Source of the DNA: an uncultured Alphaproteobacteria bacterium
GTDB lineage: Bacteria; Pseudomonadota; Alphaproteobacteria; Sphingomonadales; Sphingomonadaceae
Assembly: GCA_963738825.1 (NCBI GenBank)
Contig: CAVTYB010000008.1
Coordinates: 18,449-82,448, forward strand
Reading direction: 5' to 3'
DNA: 64,000 bases
The notes below the pieces were generated by a model, which was not told the DNA's origin, searched no databases, and saw only the letters and a list, made by a program, of their open reading frames with translations. The stretch's first letter is position 1. Each line of letters begins with the position of its first letter. A program made the position numbers and the translations under genes. Positions 43,052-54,587 of this stretch are shown in pieces.

Positions 43052-43774
43052 CTAATTCACGTCGCTGGGTGCAAAATGGCGCTGTGGATTTGGCGGTCCG
43101 GCGCATTCTCCGGCCCACGAGCGACTGACCTTCAGTAGCCGCGTCTTCTCTTCTCGCGAAGGTTCGATGCCATGCTCTTTCAGCTGACCGAGCAACAGTG
43201 TCTCTCCAAGTTCTACGCGGTCGAGCAATTCATGAACTCGGCCTGCCTGTCTTTGGTAAGCACCGATCTCTGCGGTTGTGATTGGCGAAACGCCGTTGCT
43301 GAGCGACCGCAGCTCCGCAGCCTCCTCGTGCAACCTAGGTATCGCCCCGGCGAGGTCTTGGGAGAGAAAGAAAAGCCCTGAATAGAGAGCAACCATTTGT
43401 GGGCGCATGTGATCGGCGACCTGCATCGCTCTGGCATCAAGCCAAGCATCCTCGGTAAACACTTCCAATGGTGGAGTCAGCTGGCGGGTCGCTTGAACAT
43501 TCCCGGTCTGGCGAGCGGACGCAAGTGCCTTGTCTATCGAATTGAGTTGCTGGTCCACGCACGGGGCCACCGTCAACCAGTCGTAAGCGCTTACCGCGTC
43601 CCGGTGAAGCTCAGCGTCAAGTATCCCCTGCGTCTGCGCAGCTTTCTGATGCCATTGCCAGCTTTCCACCACTTGCTGCGCGCCGAGGGCAATCAACACG
43701 CCGACGACGATTATCCCGATTTCGCCGGCGAGCTGGCGCCAGCCGTGCAGCGGCTTGGGCAGGTGGAAACGCAT
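43052..43774 (-). CDS. Second 'HLPKPLHGWR' paralog
   Basis: MRFHLPKPLHGWRQLAGEIGIIVVGVLIALGAQQ. Confidence 0.8.
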   Translation of the reverse strand: MRFHLPKPLHGWRQLAGEIGIIVVGVLIALGAQQVVESWQWHQKAAQTQGILDAELHRDAVSAYDWLTVAPCVDQQLNSIDKALASARQTGNVQATRQLTPPLEVFTEDAWLDARAMQVADHMRPQMVALYSGLFFLSQDLAGAIPRLHEEAAELRSLSNGVSPITTAEIGAYQRQAGRVHELLDRVELGETLLLGQLKEHGIEPSREEKTRLLKVSRSWAGECAGPPNPQRHFAPSDVN

Positions 43775-43920
43775 GAAGCCCCGAACTCGGCTTACGCGAG
43801 AACTGCGCGGTTTGCTAATATCTGCTTTGGCTCGAGAGCGACATTGTCGGTGCCCCCTTTCGTGAGGCGGTTTCCAATCCCACCATTGGCTCTTACACGT
43901 GAGCTGAAGGGAACGGACGA

Positions 43921-45819
43921 ATGACGGACGTATTCGTCTCGTACAAGTCCGAGGATCGCCGGCGCGTCCGACCTTTGGTGGCGGCACTTGAGGCGGATGG
44001 CCTCTCGGTGTGGTGGGACACCCAGATCAGTGGTGGTGCCGCGTGGCGCAAGTGCATCGAGGATCAGCTCGATGCTGCCAAATGTGTCATCGTTGTCTGG
44101 AGCAAGCGTTCGTTGAAGCCAGACGCAAACTTCGTCCGTGACGAAGCGTCGCGGGCCTTGGAACGAGGCATCTACTTGCCTGTCAAGCTCGACGGCAGTC
44201 GCCCGCCGCTGGGATTCGGCGAGACACAAGCCTTGCCTCTTGCGCGGTGGACGGGTGATCGATCGGATGTTCGCTATCAATCGCTGTTGGCATCCGCGCG
44301 GTCCATCATCGGGCACCGTCCGTTACCGGCTCACCCCTATGTAACGCCGCCGATGTCCCGCCGAGCGGCAATGATCGGTGGATCCGCCGCTATTGCCGTG
44401 GCAGCGGCAGCAAGCGGAGCATGGTACTTTTACGACTCTTGGACGGTCTCGTCCTCGAACAGCATCGCCGTCCTTCCCTTTGCCAACCTGAGCGCCGATC
44501 CGGCCCAAGCTTATTTCTCAGACGGAATGGCAGAGGAGCTGCGCACATCCCTGTCGCGGTTGGGAGGCCTGAAGGTCATCGGGCGTACGTCGTCCGAAGT
44601 CGTCCGCAACGACGATGCGGAGACGGCCGCGAAAAAACTTAATGTGGCGAATGTGCTGACCGGCAGCGTGCGCCGCTCGCCCTCGACGGTCCGGGTGACC
44701 GCGCAATTGATCGACGGCAAGACGGGCCTTGAGTGGTGGTCGCAAGATTATGATCGGGCACCAGGGGACACCATCAAAATCCAGACGGACATCGCGGAAA
44801 AGGTGGCACAGGCGCTTAAGATCGCGTTGGGAACGGCAGGGCGAGCCGTGCTGACCGTCGGGGGCACCCAAAACGTCGATGCGCAGAACCTCGTCCTCCA
44901 AGCCGACGCGCTGCTACAGAGTATCTTCAATGAGCAAAGAGCCCGGAGGGGGCTGGAGCTTGTCGATGCCGCAATCGCGCTCGACCCCAGTTACGCGGGA
45001 GCATACGCGAGACGGGGACTGCTGCTGAACACAATCTCACTCTTCTTTTCTCATGGATCAAGCGAGCTTAAGGCGGGGCAATTCCTCGCGCTCCAGTCAG
45101 CAAACAAAGCGGTCGCGCTTGCACCGAGGCTCGGGTGGGCTCACCTCGCGGTTGCGCAAGTAAAGTTCGGACAGCTTCAAATCGCTTCGGCCTGGACGGG
45201 CTACCGCCGAGCGCTGCAGCTCGGCCCGAGCGATGCCAATACCCAGCGCCTTTACGCTCGCTTCCTTGCCTTCATCGGCAGGAAGCAAGAAGCGTTGGCG
45301 CTTGCGGACCAAGCCATTGCGCTCGAACCTCTTAGTGCTGAATCCTACAGTTTTCGGACATTCGTATTGTACCACGCTCGGCGGTACGCCGACGCAGTAA
45401 GCAGCGGGCGAGAATTACGGCTACATTCGCCCAGCTTATTTCACCCACCCATCGAGTACGGCTACTGTCTGATCATGCTCGGTCAGGGCGCCGCGGCGAA
45501 AGCCTCATTCGAAAACGGGACTCCTGACGACCCCGGACGAATGACGGGTGAAGCAGTTCTAATGGCGCGCACTGGCGACAGACAGGGTGCGCTGCAGAAG
45601 ATCGCCCGATTGCAGGAGGTGATTCGAGACAACGCAAACTATTCAATCGCTCAAATATACGCGCAGCTCGGAGAGGCAGATCACGTCTTTACCGCCCTGG
45701 ATCGCTCGTTCGAGGTTACCGACGCCGGTCTGATCGGTTTGTTGACGGACCCATTCATGGATCCGATCCGCAACGATGCCCGGTTCAAAACGGTTTTGGC
45801 TAGACTTAGCTATCCGTGA
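43921..45819 (+). CDS. TIR domain + TM + TolB-like/TPR protein
   Basis: DVFVSY, VWWD, VIVVWS..S, VRDEA; SIAVLPFANLS...YFSDGMAEEL; TPR helices. Confidence 0.9.
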   Translation: MTDVFVSYKSEDRRRVRPLVAALEADGLSVWWDTQISGGAAWRKCIEDQLDAAKCVIVVWSKRSLKPDANFVRDEASRALERGIYLPVKLDGSRPPLGFGETQALPLARWTGDRSDVRYQSLLASARSIIGHRPLPAHPYVTPPMSRRAAMIGGSAAIAVAAAASGAWYFYDSWTVSSSNSIAVLPFANLSADPAQAYFSDGMAEELRTSLSRLGGLKVIGRTSSEVVRNDDAETAAKKLNVANVLTGSVRRSPSTVRVTAQLIDGKTGLEWWSQDYDRAPGDTIKIQTDIAEKVAQALKIALGTAGRAVLTVGGTQNVDAQNLVLQADALLQSIFNEQRARRGLELVDAAIALDPSYAGAYARRGLLLNTISLFFSHGSSELKAGQFLALQSANKAVALAPRLGWAHLAVAQVKFGQLQIASAWTGYRRALQLGPSDANTQRLYARFLAFIGRKQEALALADQAIALEPLSAESYSFRTFVLYHARRYADAVSSGRELRLHSPSLFHPPIEYGYCLIMLGQGAAAKASFENGTPDDPGRMTGEAVLMARTGDRQGALQKIARLQEVIRDNANYSIAQIYAQLGEADHVFTALDRSFEVTDAGLIGLLTDPFMDPIRNDARFKTVLARLSYP

Positions 45820-45945
45820 GCCTTCTTCCGTTCGTGCCAGGCGAGCAAGCAGTTAACGTCCGATTTGGGTCAAAAGCAGACATCGCGCCAATATCCAGCT
45901 GGCTGCGATGGTGGCGGTGAGATCGCAAATCAGGGGAGAGAGGCG

Positions 45946-46356
45946 ATGATAACGGCGATTCCGTTGACGTTGAACTTGCTGCTATTGATGGGCCTCTACG
46001 AGTTAGCCGCTGGAATCGCCGGTCTGACTGGCCAAGTCACCTGGAGTAAATTGCTGGACCAGTTCGACCGCTCGCCTGCACTGACGTTCATGATGGGCTT
46101 TGTGGTCTATGTGCTCGGCGCTGTCGTCGTGCTCGTCCATTTCATCTGGACAGACCCGCTCGCAATCATCGTCTCCGCGATCGGCTGCGTCGCCGCTACC
46201 GAGGGCCTCCTGATCATGATCGCGCCAGGCCCGCTATTCGCTTTCTCGCGCCGGCTCGTCGCCAATCAGAGGCTGATTTCAATGCTCGCTGCTGCGTTCG
46301 GCCTGCTTCTCATCGGCCTCGGTCTTGCCGGTGGAGCAAATCCGGTGACCTTGTGA
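45946..46356 (+). CDS. Four-TM hypothetical protein (DUF2065-like)
   Basis: GGAG RBS; H.IWTDPLAIIVS.IG...EGLL. Confidence 0.65.
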   Translation: MITAIPLTLNLLLLMGLYELAAGIAGLTGQVTWSKLLDQFDRSPALTFMMGFVVYVLGAVVVLVHFIWTDPLAIIVSAIGCVAATEGLLIMIAPGPLFAFSRRLVANQRLISMLAAAFGLLLIGLGLAGGANPVTL

Positions 46357-46683
46357 CACGAAAGTCCTGAACCGCGACTGTCGACCGAAATAAATCGGGA
46401 GCCAGCCGCTTTTGTGCTGACTGCTTACGTCCGCAATGGGTCGAAAGCTGCCCACTAGCGACGGACTGAACCAACGTCCGCTTACGGGCTGGGCCGAGGT
46501 GCATGGCAATGGCGTGGATGGGCGCTTAGCAGACATTGGGGTGCCGGCAGTGGCCGGCTCCGAGCACATGGCCCCAGCGCAGAGTCTCGGCCGGGCGGGT
46601 GCGACAAGCGATCCAATGTGAAATCCGGTTCGAGTCTGCCTAGGCGGGTCGCTAAGGCTGACCAGCGCAGGTAGTGAGCCAGC

Positions 46684-48358
46684 ATGCAACACGCCAGAAC
46701 TCCATGAGGCGCTCGCCACAGCGCTCAGTTCCCGCGGTTATAAGCAGCTGACCCCGGTCCAGTCCGCGGTCATCGCGGAGGAGGCTGACGGCCGCGACCT
46801 GATCGTGTCCGCCAAGACCGGATCAGGAAAAACCGTCGCCTTCGGCATGGCAATGGCGGAGCAGCTGTTTGAGGCGGGGCGGCTGCCCTTCTCGCGTGGG
46901 CCGCTGGCATTGGTTATCGCTCCGACGCGCGAGCTCGCGATCCAGGTCAGTCGCGAGCTCGACTGGCTATACGCGAACGCCGGCGCGCGCGTCGTCACCT
47001 GCGTCGGTGGAATGGACCCGATGAAGGAGCGCCGGGCATTGGCAGGCGGTGTGCACATCGTTGTCGGCACCCCCGGGCGGCTTCGCGATCATCTGGAACG
47101 CGGCGCGCTCGACCTGTCGTCGCTGCGTGTAGCGGTGCTCGACGAGGCCGACGAGATGCTCGACATGGGCTTCCGCGAGGAGCTTGAAGAGATCCTCGAT
47201 GCCACGCCGCAGGAACGGCGCACCCTGCTGTTCTCGGCAACCATGCCGCGGCCGATCGTGGCGCTCGCGAAGCGCTACCAGAAGCACGCGTTGCGCATCG
47301 AGACCCTTGGCGACAGTCAGGGCCATCAGGACATTGCCTACCAGGCCGTGGCGGTGTCGCCAACGGACATCGAGCACGCCGTAGTCAACCTGCTTCGTTT
47401 CCACGAAGCAGAAACGACGATCCTGTTCTGCGCCACGCGGGAGGCTGTGCGCCGGCTCCACGCGAGCCTTACCGAACGGGGCTTCGATGCGGTGGCGCTC
47501 TCGGGCGAGCACAGCCAGAATGAGCGCAATCACGCGCTGCAGGCATTGCGTGACCAGCGAGCGCGGGTCTGCGTGGCGACGGATGTTGCAGCGCGCGGAA
47601 TAGACCTGCCATCGGTCTCGCTCGTGATTCACGTCGAGCTGCCGCGCGACGCCGAAGGACTGCAACATCGGTCAGGTCGCACCGGCCGCGCTGGGCGAAA
47701 GGGAACGGCTATCCTGATCGTACCGTACCAACGGCGGAAGCGGGTCGAAGGCATGCTGCGCGCCGCACGCATCAATGCGGAGTGGATCTCACCCCCGACA
47801 CCCGCCGATATCCGCGCCAAGGATCGCGAGCGGCTCCTGGTCGACGTGTCAGCTCCAGTCGATCTCGACGAGGATGATCGCGCACTCGCGCTGGAACTCG
47901 CAAAAACTCTGGAGCCAGACGTGATTGCTGCCGCGCTCGTGAAGTCGCTGCGCAGGGACATGCCTGCACCGGAGGATGTGCTCGCACCAGGCGAGCGGCC
48001 GGAGCGCGCGGCGAGATGCCGGTTCACGCCCCGGGTTCGAAGGAGCCAGTTGGTTCCGACTCAATGCCGGCCGCCGCCACAATGCTGATCCGCGATGGCT
48101 GCTTCCACTCATCTGCCGTTACGGTCACGTCGGCCGGGCGGACGTCGGTGCGATCCGGATCGCCGCCAATGAGAGCTACTTTCAGGTCAGCGAGCGAGCC
48201 ACACCTGGCTTCATGAAGGCGCTGCGCCGAGCGACAATCGCGCCCGAGGACCAGGGGCTGGTTATCGAACCCGCCCCGCCACGCGAACAGAGCTACCGGC
48301 CGGAACTCGCGCATGAAAGACCCAGGCCCAAGAAGAAGCCGCGACGATCGAAGCCAGG

Positions 48359-48362
<4 letters not shown>
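46684..48362 (+). CDS. DEAD-box RNA helicase with DbpA-type C-terminal domain (frameshifts near 46695 and 48010)
   Basis: LTPVQ, AKTGSGKT, PTRELA, TPGR, DEAD, SAT, ARGID, HRSGRTGRAG. Confidence 0.95.
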
Positions 48363-50225
<1,863 letters not shown>

Positions 50226-50759
50226 GTCGGCGCCCTAGCATCCAATCGCCGGGTGCCCAAGGCTGCTCGCTGGTGCGTGGGCAAAGACCGAGGTTTCGCC
50301 GGTCATTGCGGTTTCCCGACAACAGCCCACCTGTCGTGAGACAATCAGGTCGCAACCGGTCAGCGCAATTGCCGGACTTCCGAAGTGGGCCCGCGACAAC
50401 CGGCGTTATGTGAAATCCGGTTCGAATGCCGGCGCCGGCCATAGCTCGGGCCGTCCAGCGATATTCGACGATTGCGCACTCCACAGGAGCAGGTCCGTCA
50501 GAAGGTGGCCGAGTCCCGCTCGATCTTTAATGACTTAAATTCCAGGATAATGCGCCTCGACGCCGGCATGGCGTTCCTGGCCAACCATTTGCATCGAGAA
50601 CCGTACTGTCGGAATTGGCGCCAGAGAATGTTGGCAGGATTCCCGGCTTTGATCGAACTGCGGCGAAACCTCTCCAGTCGCCCCAGCGCGGTCAGAATGG
50701 CGCACTTCCGCGGCCCTAGAGATTTGGCGAAATATCTAATGCTATCAATGTGATAAATA

Positions 50760-50850
50760 TGGCGGAGCGGGAGGGATTCGAACCCTCGATACGGTTTTGC
50801 CGTATACTCACTTTCCAGGCGAGCGCCTTCGACCACTCGGCCACCGCTCC
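50760..50850 (-). tRNA. tRNA-Ser(GGA)
   Basis: Reverse complement GGAGCGGTGGCCGAGTGGTCGAAGGCGCTCGCCTGGAAAGTGAGT...GGTTCGAATCCCTCCCGCTCCGCCA. Confidence 0.97.
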
Positions 50851-50935
50851 GCATGCCAGGAAGGCGGGCATCTAAGGGCCTAGCGCGCGCCGGGCAAGGT
50901 TGCGGGGGTCAACGACCGTCCCTAGTCCAAACAGC

Positions 50936-51346
50936 ATGACGCCCGCCGAGCGCCTTGCCGGTCGAATCCCGAGCGCCGCCGCAATCGAGGCGATCGCCCG
51001 GCGCACGCTCGACCGTTTGCCTTCGCCCTTCGCGGAGAGCCTCGGCGAGATCGTCCTGCTCATCGAGGAGGTCGCCAATCCGGACACCGCGCGCCGGCTC
51101 GGGCTGAGGCATCCGATGCAGCTCAGCGGACTTTACGAAGGCATTCCGCTCAATCACCAGAGCGTCCAGCAGTCGGGCACGCTGCCCGAGCGCATCACGC
51201 TCTACAGGCGTCCGATCATCGCGGAGTGGCAGTCGGCGCGGTTTAGCCTCGAGCAGCTCGTTTCGCACATCGTCATCCACGAGGTTGGGCATCACTTCGG
51301 CTTTTCCGACGACGACATGCACGCCCTCGAGGACGACGCCGAGTGA
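50936..51346 (+). CDS. Zincin-like metallopeptidase family protein
   Basis: GLYEGIPL, ITLYRRPI, HEVGHHFG. Confidence 0.9.
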   Translation: MTPAERLAGRIPSAAAIEAIARRTLDRLPSPFAESLGEIVLLIEEVANPDTARRLGLRHPMQLSGLYEGIPLNHQSVQQSGTLPERITLYRRPIIAEWQSARFSLEQLVSHIVIHEVGHHFGFSDDDMHALEDDAE

Positions 51347-51894
51347 CGATTTTTCTTCGCTTCCAGCAAGTGGCGCTGAGGCGTGGCGGCCGGATGCTTT
51401 TCGAAGATCTCGACCTGACGCTCAGCTCCGGAGAGGCCGTGCAGGTCGCAGGGCCGAATGGAAGCGGCAAGTCGAGCTTGATCCGCCTCGCGGCCGGCCT
51501 GCTTGAGGCTGAACGCGGCCATGTCGAACGGGCTCCGCTCGCAATGGCCGACGACTATCTCGCGCTCGACCGCGAGATGCCCCTGCGACGAGCGCTGCAC
51601 TTCTGGGGCGGCTCGGTAGATCCTGCGATGGAAGCGCTCGGCCTGACCCGCCTTGCAGAGGTTCCAGTGAGGCTGCTGTCGTCCGGCCAGTCGAAGCGCG
51701 CGACGTTGGCGCGGGTCGCTGCGTCGGGCGTTGCGCTTTGGCTGCTCGACGAGCCGTTGAATGCGCTGGACGCTGACGGTGCGCTTCGGCTCGGGCAACT
51801 TATCAAGCAGCATCTGTCGACGGGCGGCGCGGTCCTCGCGGCATCGCACCAGGCGCTACCCGGCGGCTGGCGGGCCGTGGAACTCGGCGCATGA
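51343..51894 (+). CDS. ccmA: Heme exporter ATP-binding protein
   Basis: GPNGSGKSS, LSSGQ, WLLDEP; upstream of ccmB. Confidence 0.9.
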   Translation: MTIFLRFQQVALRRGGRMLFEDLDLTLSSGEAVQVAGPNGSGKSSLIRLAAGLLEAERGHVERAPLAMADDYLALDREMPLRRALHFWGGSVDPAMEALGLTRLAEVPVRLLSSGQSKRATLARVAASGVALWLLDEPLNALDADGALRLGQLIKQHLSTGGAVLAASHQALPGGWRAVELGA

Positions 51895-52508
51895 TCGCAG
51901 CGCTGATCGCCCGCGACATTCGCCGTGGCCTCACTGGCGCAGCCTGGCTACCGATCGCTTTCTTCCTGCTCGTCGCCGCGCTCGTCCCGTTCGCGATAGG
52001 TCCCGATGCGCGCCTGCTGTCGAGGATCGGTCCCGGCGCCTTATGGATCGCTGCTTTGACGGCTGCGTTGCTTCCGATTGAACGGCTGATCGAACCCGAT
52101 CGCGCCGACGGCGTTCTTGACCAGCTCGCGCTTCATGGCGTTGCGGAAGAGAGCATCGCGTTCGCGAAGATTACGGCGCACTGGACGACATTCGCACCAT
52201 TGCTCCTGGTGGCGGCTGTGCCCGCCTCGGCGCTTCTGGCGATGGACGCGGCATCGCTCGCGCGCACCGAACTGGCCTTGCTGGTGGGGAGTGCGGGCCT
52301 GGCCGCGCTGGCAGTTGCTGTCGCTGCCGTCACTGCCGGCTTGCCTCGCGCGGGATCCCTCGCGGGCCTGTTGCTGCTGCCGCTTGCAGTGCCGCTGCTG
52401 ATCTTCGGAGCCGCCTATTCGTTGTCGCTTGAGGCAGCGGTATCGCTGCTGCTGACCGCCGGCGCGCCCTTTGTTGCAGGCGCCGCGATCCGCGCAGCTA
52501 GGACTTAG
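51891..52508 (+). CDS. ccmB: Heme exporter permease
   Basis: PFAIGPD, DRADGVLDQL, LPLAVPLLIFG. Confidence 0.9.
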   Translation: MIAALIARDIRRGLTGAAWLPIAFFLLVAALVPFAIGPDARLLSRIGPGALWIAALTAALLPIERLIEPDRADGVLDQLALHGVAEESIAFAKITAHWTTFAPLLLVAAVPASALLAMDAASLARTELALLVGSAGLAALAVAVAAVTAGLPRAGSLAGLLLLPLAVPLLIFGAAYSLSLEAAVSLLLTAGAPFVAGAAIRAART

Positions 52509-53361
52509 ACCATCTCGCGAAGATCGCGGTAGGAAGGAGGAGGCCCCTTGCCTCTTCACGAACCGACATCTCGCCCATTACGACCATGCCGCCGAGATCG
52601 GCGAGCGTCTGTTTCACGAGTTCCCCGATCGCAAGCGCCGACATCCGGACAGCATAAACCGTGAGTACGAGGAACCGGCTGTTCTCATCGAGCAGCCGGC
52701 GACAATCGGCGAGTAGCGGCGCGAGATTCTCCTCCAGTCGCCAAACCTCGCCGGTCGGGCCGCGGCCGAACTTTGGCGGATCGAGCAGAATTCCGTCGTA
52801 GCGGCGGCCGCGGCGAACCTCGCGCGCTGTGAACTTCCCCGCGTCGTCCACAATCCAGCGGATCGGACTCTCGTCCAACCCGGACAAGCGCGCATTTTCC
52901 TTGCCCTGCTCCACCGATTTCTTGGAGGCGTCGACGTGGACGAGGCTCGCTCCGGCGTTGCTGAGCAGCAGCGTCCCGACGCCGGTGTAGCCGAACAGGT
53001 TCAGCACATCCGCCTCGGCTGCCCGTTCCTGCATCCAGTCCCATTGCGCCGCCATGTCGGGAAAGAATCCGAGGTGCCGGAACGGGGTGAGCGAAGCCGC
53101 GAACCGCACGTCGCCGCGCGACAGCTCCCATTGGCTCGGGACCGGGCGATGCTGGACCCAGCGGCCTCCACCTTCCTCGTCGGAGCCGGGAACGAAGGTT
53201 GCATCCGGGTCCCACCCATCGCGCGCGGGTGCCCACATCGCCTGCGGCTCGGGCCGAACCACCTGGATACTGCCATAGCGCTCGAGCTTTTGACCGTTGC
53301 CGCAATCGATCAGCCCCCAGTCATCCCAGGGTTCGGCGATGATCGTTTCAAGTTCGCTCAC
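52498..53361 (-). CDS. Class I SAM-dependent (RlmI-like) methyltransferase
   Basis: LIDCGNGQKLERYG, HLGFFP, VLNLFGYTG, LDPPKFGRGP. Confidence 0.88.
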   Translation of the reverse strand: MSELETIIAEPWDDWGLIDCGNGQKLERYGSIQVVRPEPQAMWAPARDGWDPDATFVPGSDEEGGGRWVQHRPVPSQWELSRGDVRFAASLTPFRHLGFFPDMAAQWDWMQERAAEADVLNLFGYTGVGTLLLSNAGASLVHVDASKKSVEQGKENARLSGLDESPIRWIVDDAGKFTAREVRRGRRYDGILLDPPKFGRGPTGEVWRLEENLAPLLADCRRLLDENSRFLVLTVYAVRMSALAIGELVKQTLADLGGMVVMGEMSVREEARGLLLPTAIFARWSKS

Positions 53362-54587
53362 GCAGCGAGAGCGAGCTGCGCGCCGACTGATGCCACCGCG
53401 GCGCGTCCGTCGAGCAAGGCAGCGCCGGCGGCTCTCGCCGATGCCGCATCCACCGCGGCCAGCTGGCTCTGCAATTCCTCGACCGACAGAACCCGTCCGA
53501 AAACCTCGATTGACCGCGCCATCTGGTCGGCGCGGCCCTGCGCGCTCTCCATGCTCATCAGCAGCCCTGCCTCGAGCTGCGCACGGGCGCGGTTCACTTC
53601 GCTGTCGTTCAAAGTCTCGACGGCGTCGGAAAGCACGGTGCGGGCGAGGTTCATCGATTCAACGGCCTTGGTGCGATCCGCAGCGCAGCTCATTGCGACC
53701 AGGCCGGTGTCCGCATAAGCCTGCTGCCAGGCACTCACCGAATAAGCGAGGCCGCGGTCTTCGCGCAGCTCCTGGAACAGTCGCGAAGACATTCCACCGC
53801 CGAGCGCCTGGACGAATACCGAAAGCGCGGGCAGCCGTGGATCGGACGCTGCAAAACCAGGCAATGCGAGGGACCAATGTGCCTGTTCGAACTCGCGCCG
53901 GTCATTGCGGACTCCGCCGGTGAACTCGGCAGCGCCGATAGGAACGCCCGGCCAGTTCTCCATGTCGCCAAAAAGCCGCTCCGCGAGCTTGACGATTTCG
54001 GCGGGCCTCACCTTGCCGCTAGCCGACAGGATTAGCCTTGAGGGTACGAGCTCGTCGCGGATCCAGTTCCGGCAATCGTCCGCAACGATGCTCCGAAGAG
54101 TCTCTTCGCTTCCTAGGACCGAGCGTCCCAGGGGTTGCCCGTCGAAGGCCGCTTCGAACAGATGATCATGGACGAGATCGTCGGGCGAATCCGTCACCTC
54201 GCCCAGTTCGGAGAGGATGACGGTCTTCTCGCGCTCGAGATGGTCGGGGTCCATGTGCGGCACGCGCAGGAAGTCCGCGATCAGCTCCGCGAGAAGCGTC
54301 GCATCCTTGGCCAGCGTTCGGCCGTAGAAGACGGTCTGATCGCGCGCAGTCCAGGCGTTGATGATTCCGCCGACGTCTTCGATGGCCTCGGCGATCTGGC
54401 GCGTGTCGCGCGAGCCGGCACCTTTGAAGACCATGTGCTCGACGACATGAGCGAGCCCGTTGAGATGCTCGGGCTCGGAGCGCGAGCCGATCATGGCATA
54501 GAGACCGAGTGCGACAGACTCCGCGCTCGGCAACGGATCGATGGCGACGGTGAGGCCGTTCGAGAGGACGTGCATCTCACCGCTCAC
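53358..54587 (-). CDS. M16 (pitrilysin) family peptidase
   Basis: HVVEHMVFKG (HxxEH), GGGMSSRLFQELRE; GTG start overlapping the SURF1 stop. Confidence 0.93.
   Translation of the reverse strand: MSGEMHVLSNGLTVAIDPLPSAESVALGLYAMIGSRSEPEHLNGLAHVVEHMVFKGAGSRDTRQIAEAIEDVGGIINAWTARDQTVFYGRTLAKDATLLAELIADFLRVPHMDPDHLEREKTVILSELGEVTDSPDDLVHDHLFEAAFDGQPLGRSVLGSEETLRSIVADDCRNWIRDELVPSRLILSASGKVRPAEIVKLAERLFGDMENWPGVPIGAAEFTGGVRNDRREFEQAHWSLALPGFAASDPRLPALSVFVQALGGGMSSRLFQELREDRGLAYSVSAWQQAYADTGLVAMSCAADRTKAVESMNLARTVLSDAVETLNDSEVNRARAQLEAGLLMSMESAQGRADQMARSIEVFGRVLSVEELQSQLAAVDAASARAAGAALLDGRAAVASVGAQLALAA

Larger units (their letters stand above)
38151..46536. repeat. Array of 28-bp imperfect palindromes (11-6-11) separating accessory genes
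   Basis: Copies at 38151-38178(-), 39020-39047(-), 39610-39637, 40142-40169, 40855-40882, 41614-41641, 42517-42542, 42552-42579, 43018-43045, 43818-43844, 45856-45883, 46427-46454, 46509-46536; consensus AYGTCCGCWWT-GGGTCG-AAAGCNGACAT. Confidence 0.9.

Noticed and set aside
38151-46536. CRISPR array or classical integron
   Set aside because: The intervals are mostly whole genes of 0.4-2 kb, the repeats are degenerate, there is no cas or intI gene, and no attC R''/R' boxes.
47731-47758. Apparent copy of the 28-bp site (ACGGCGGAAGC-GGGTCG-AAGGCATGCTG)
   Set aside because: It lies inside the conserved helicase CDS with poor arm symmetry; likely chance.
50472-50854. ORFs overlapping or next to tRNA-Ser(GGA), and a possible island there
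   Set aside because: One ORF is a translation of the tRNA itself; I found no duplicate of this tRNA's 3' end in the window to define an island.
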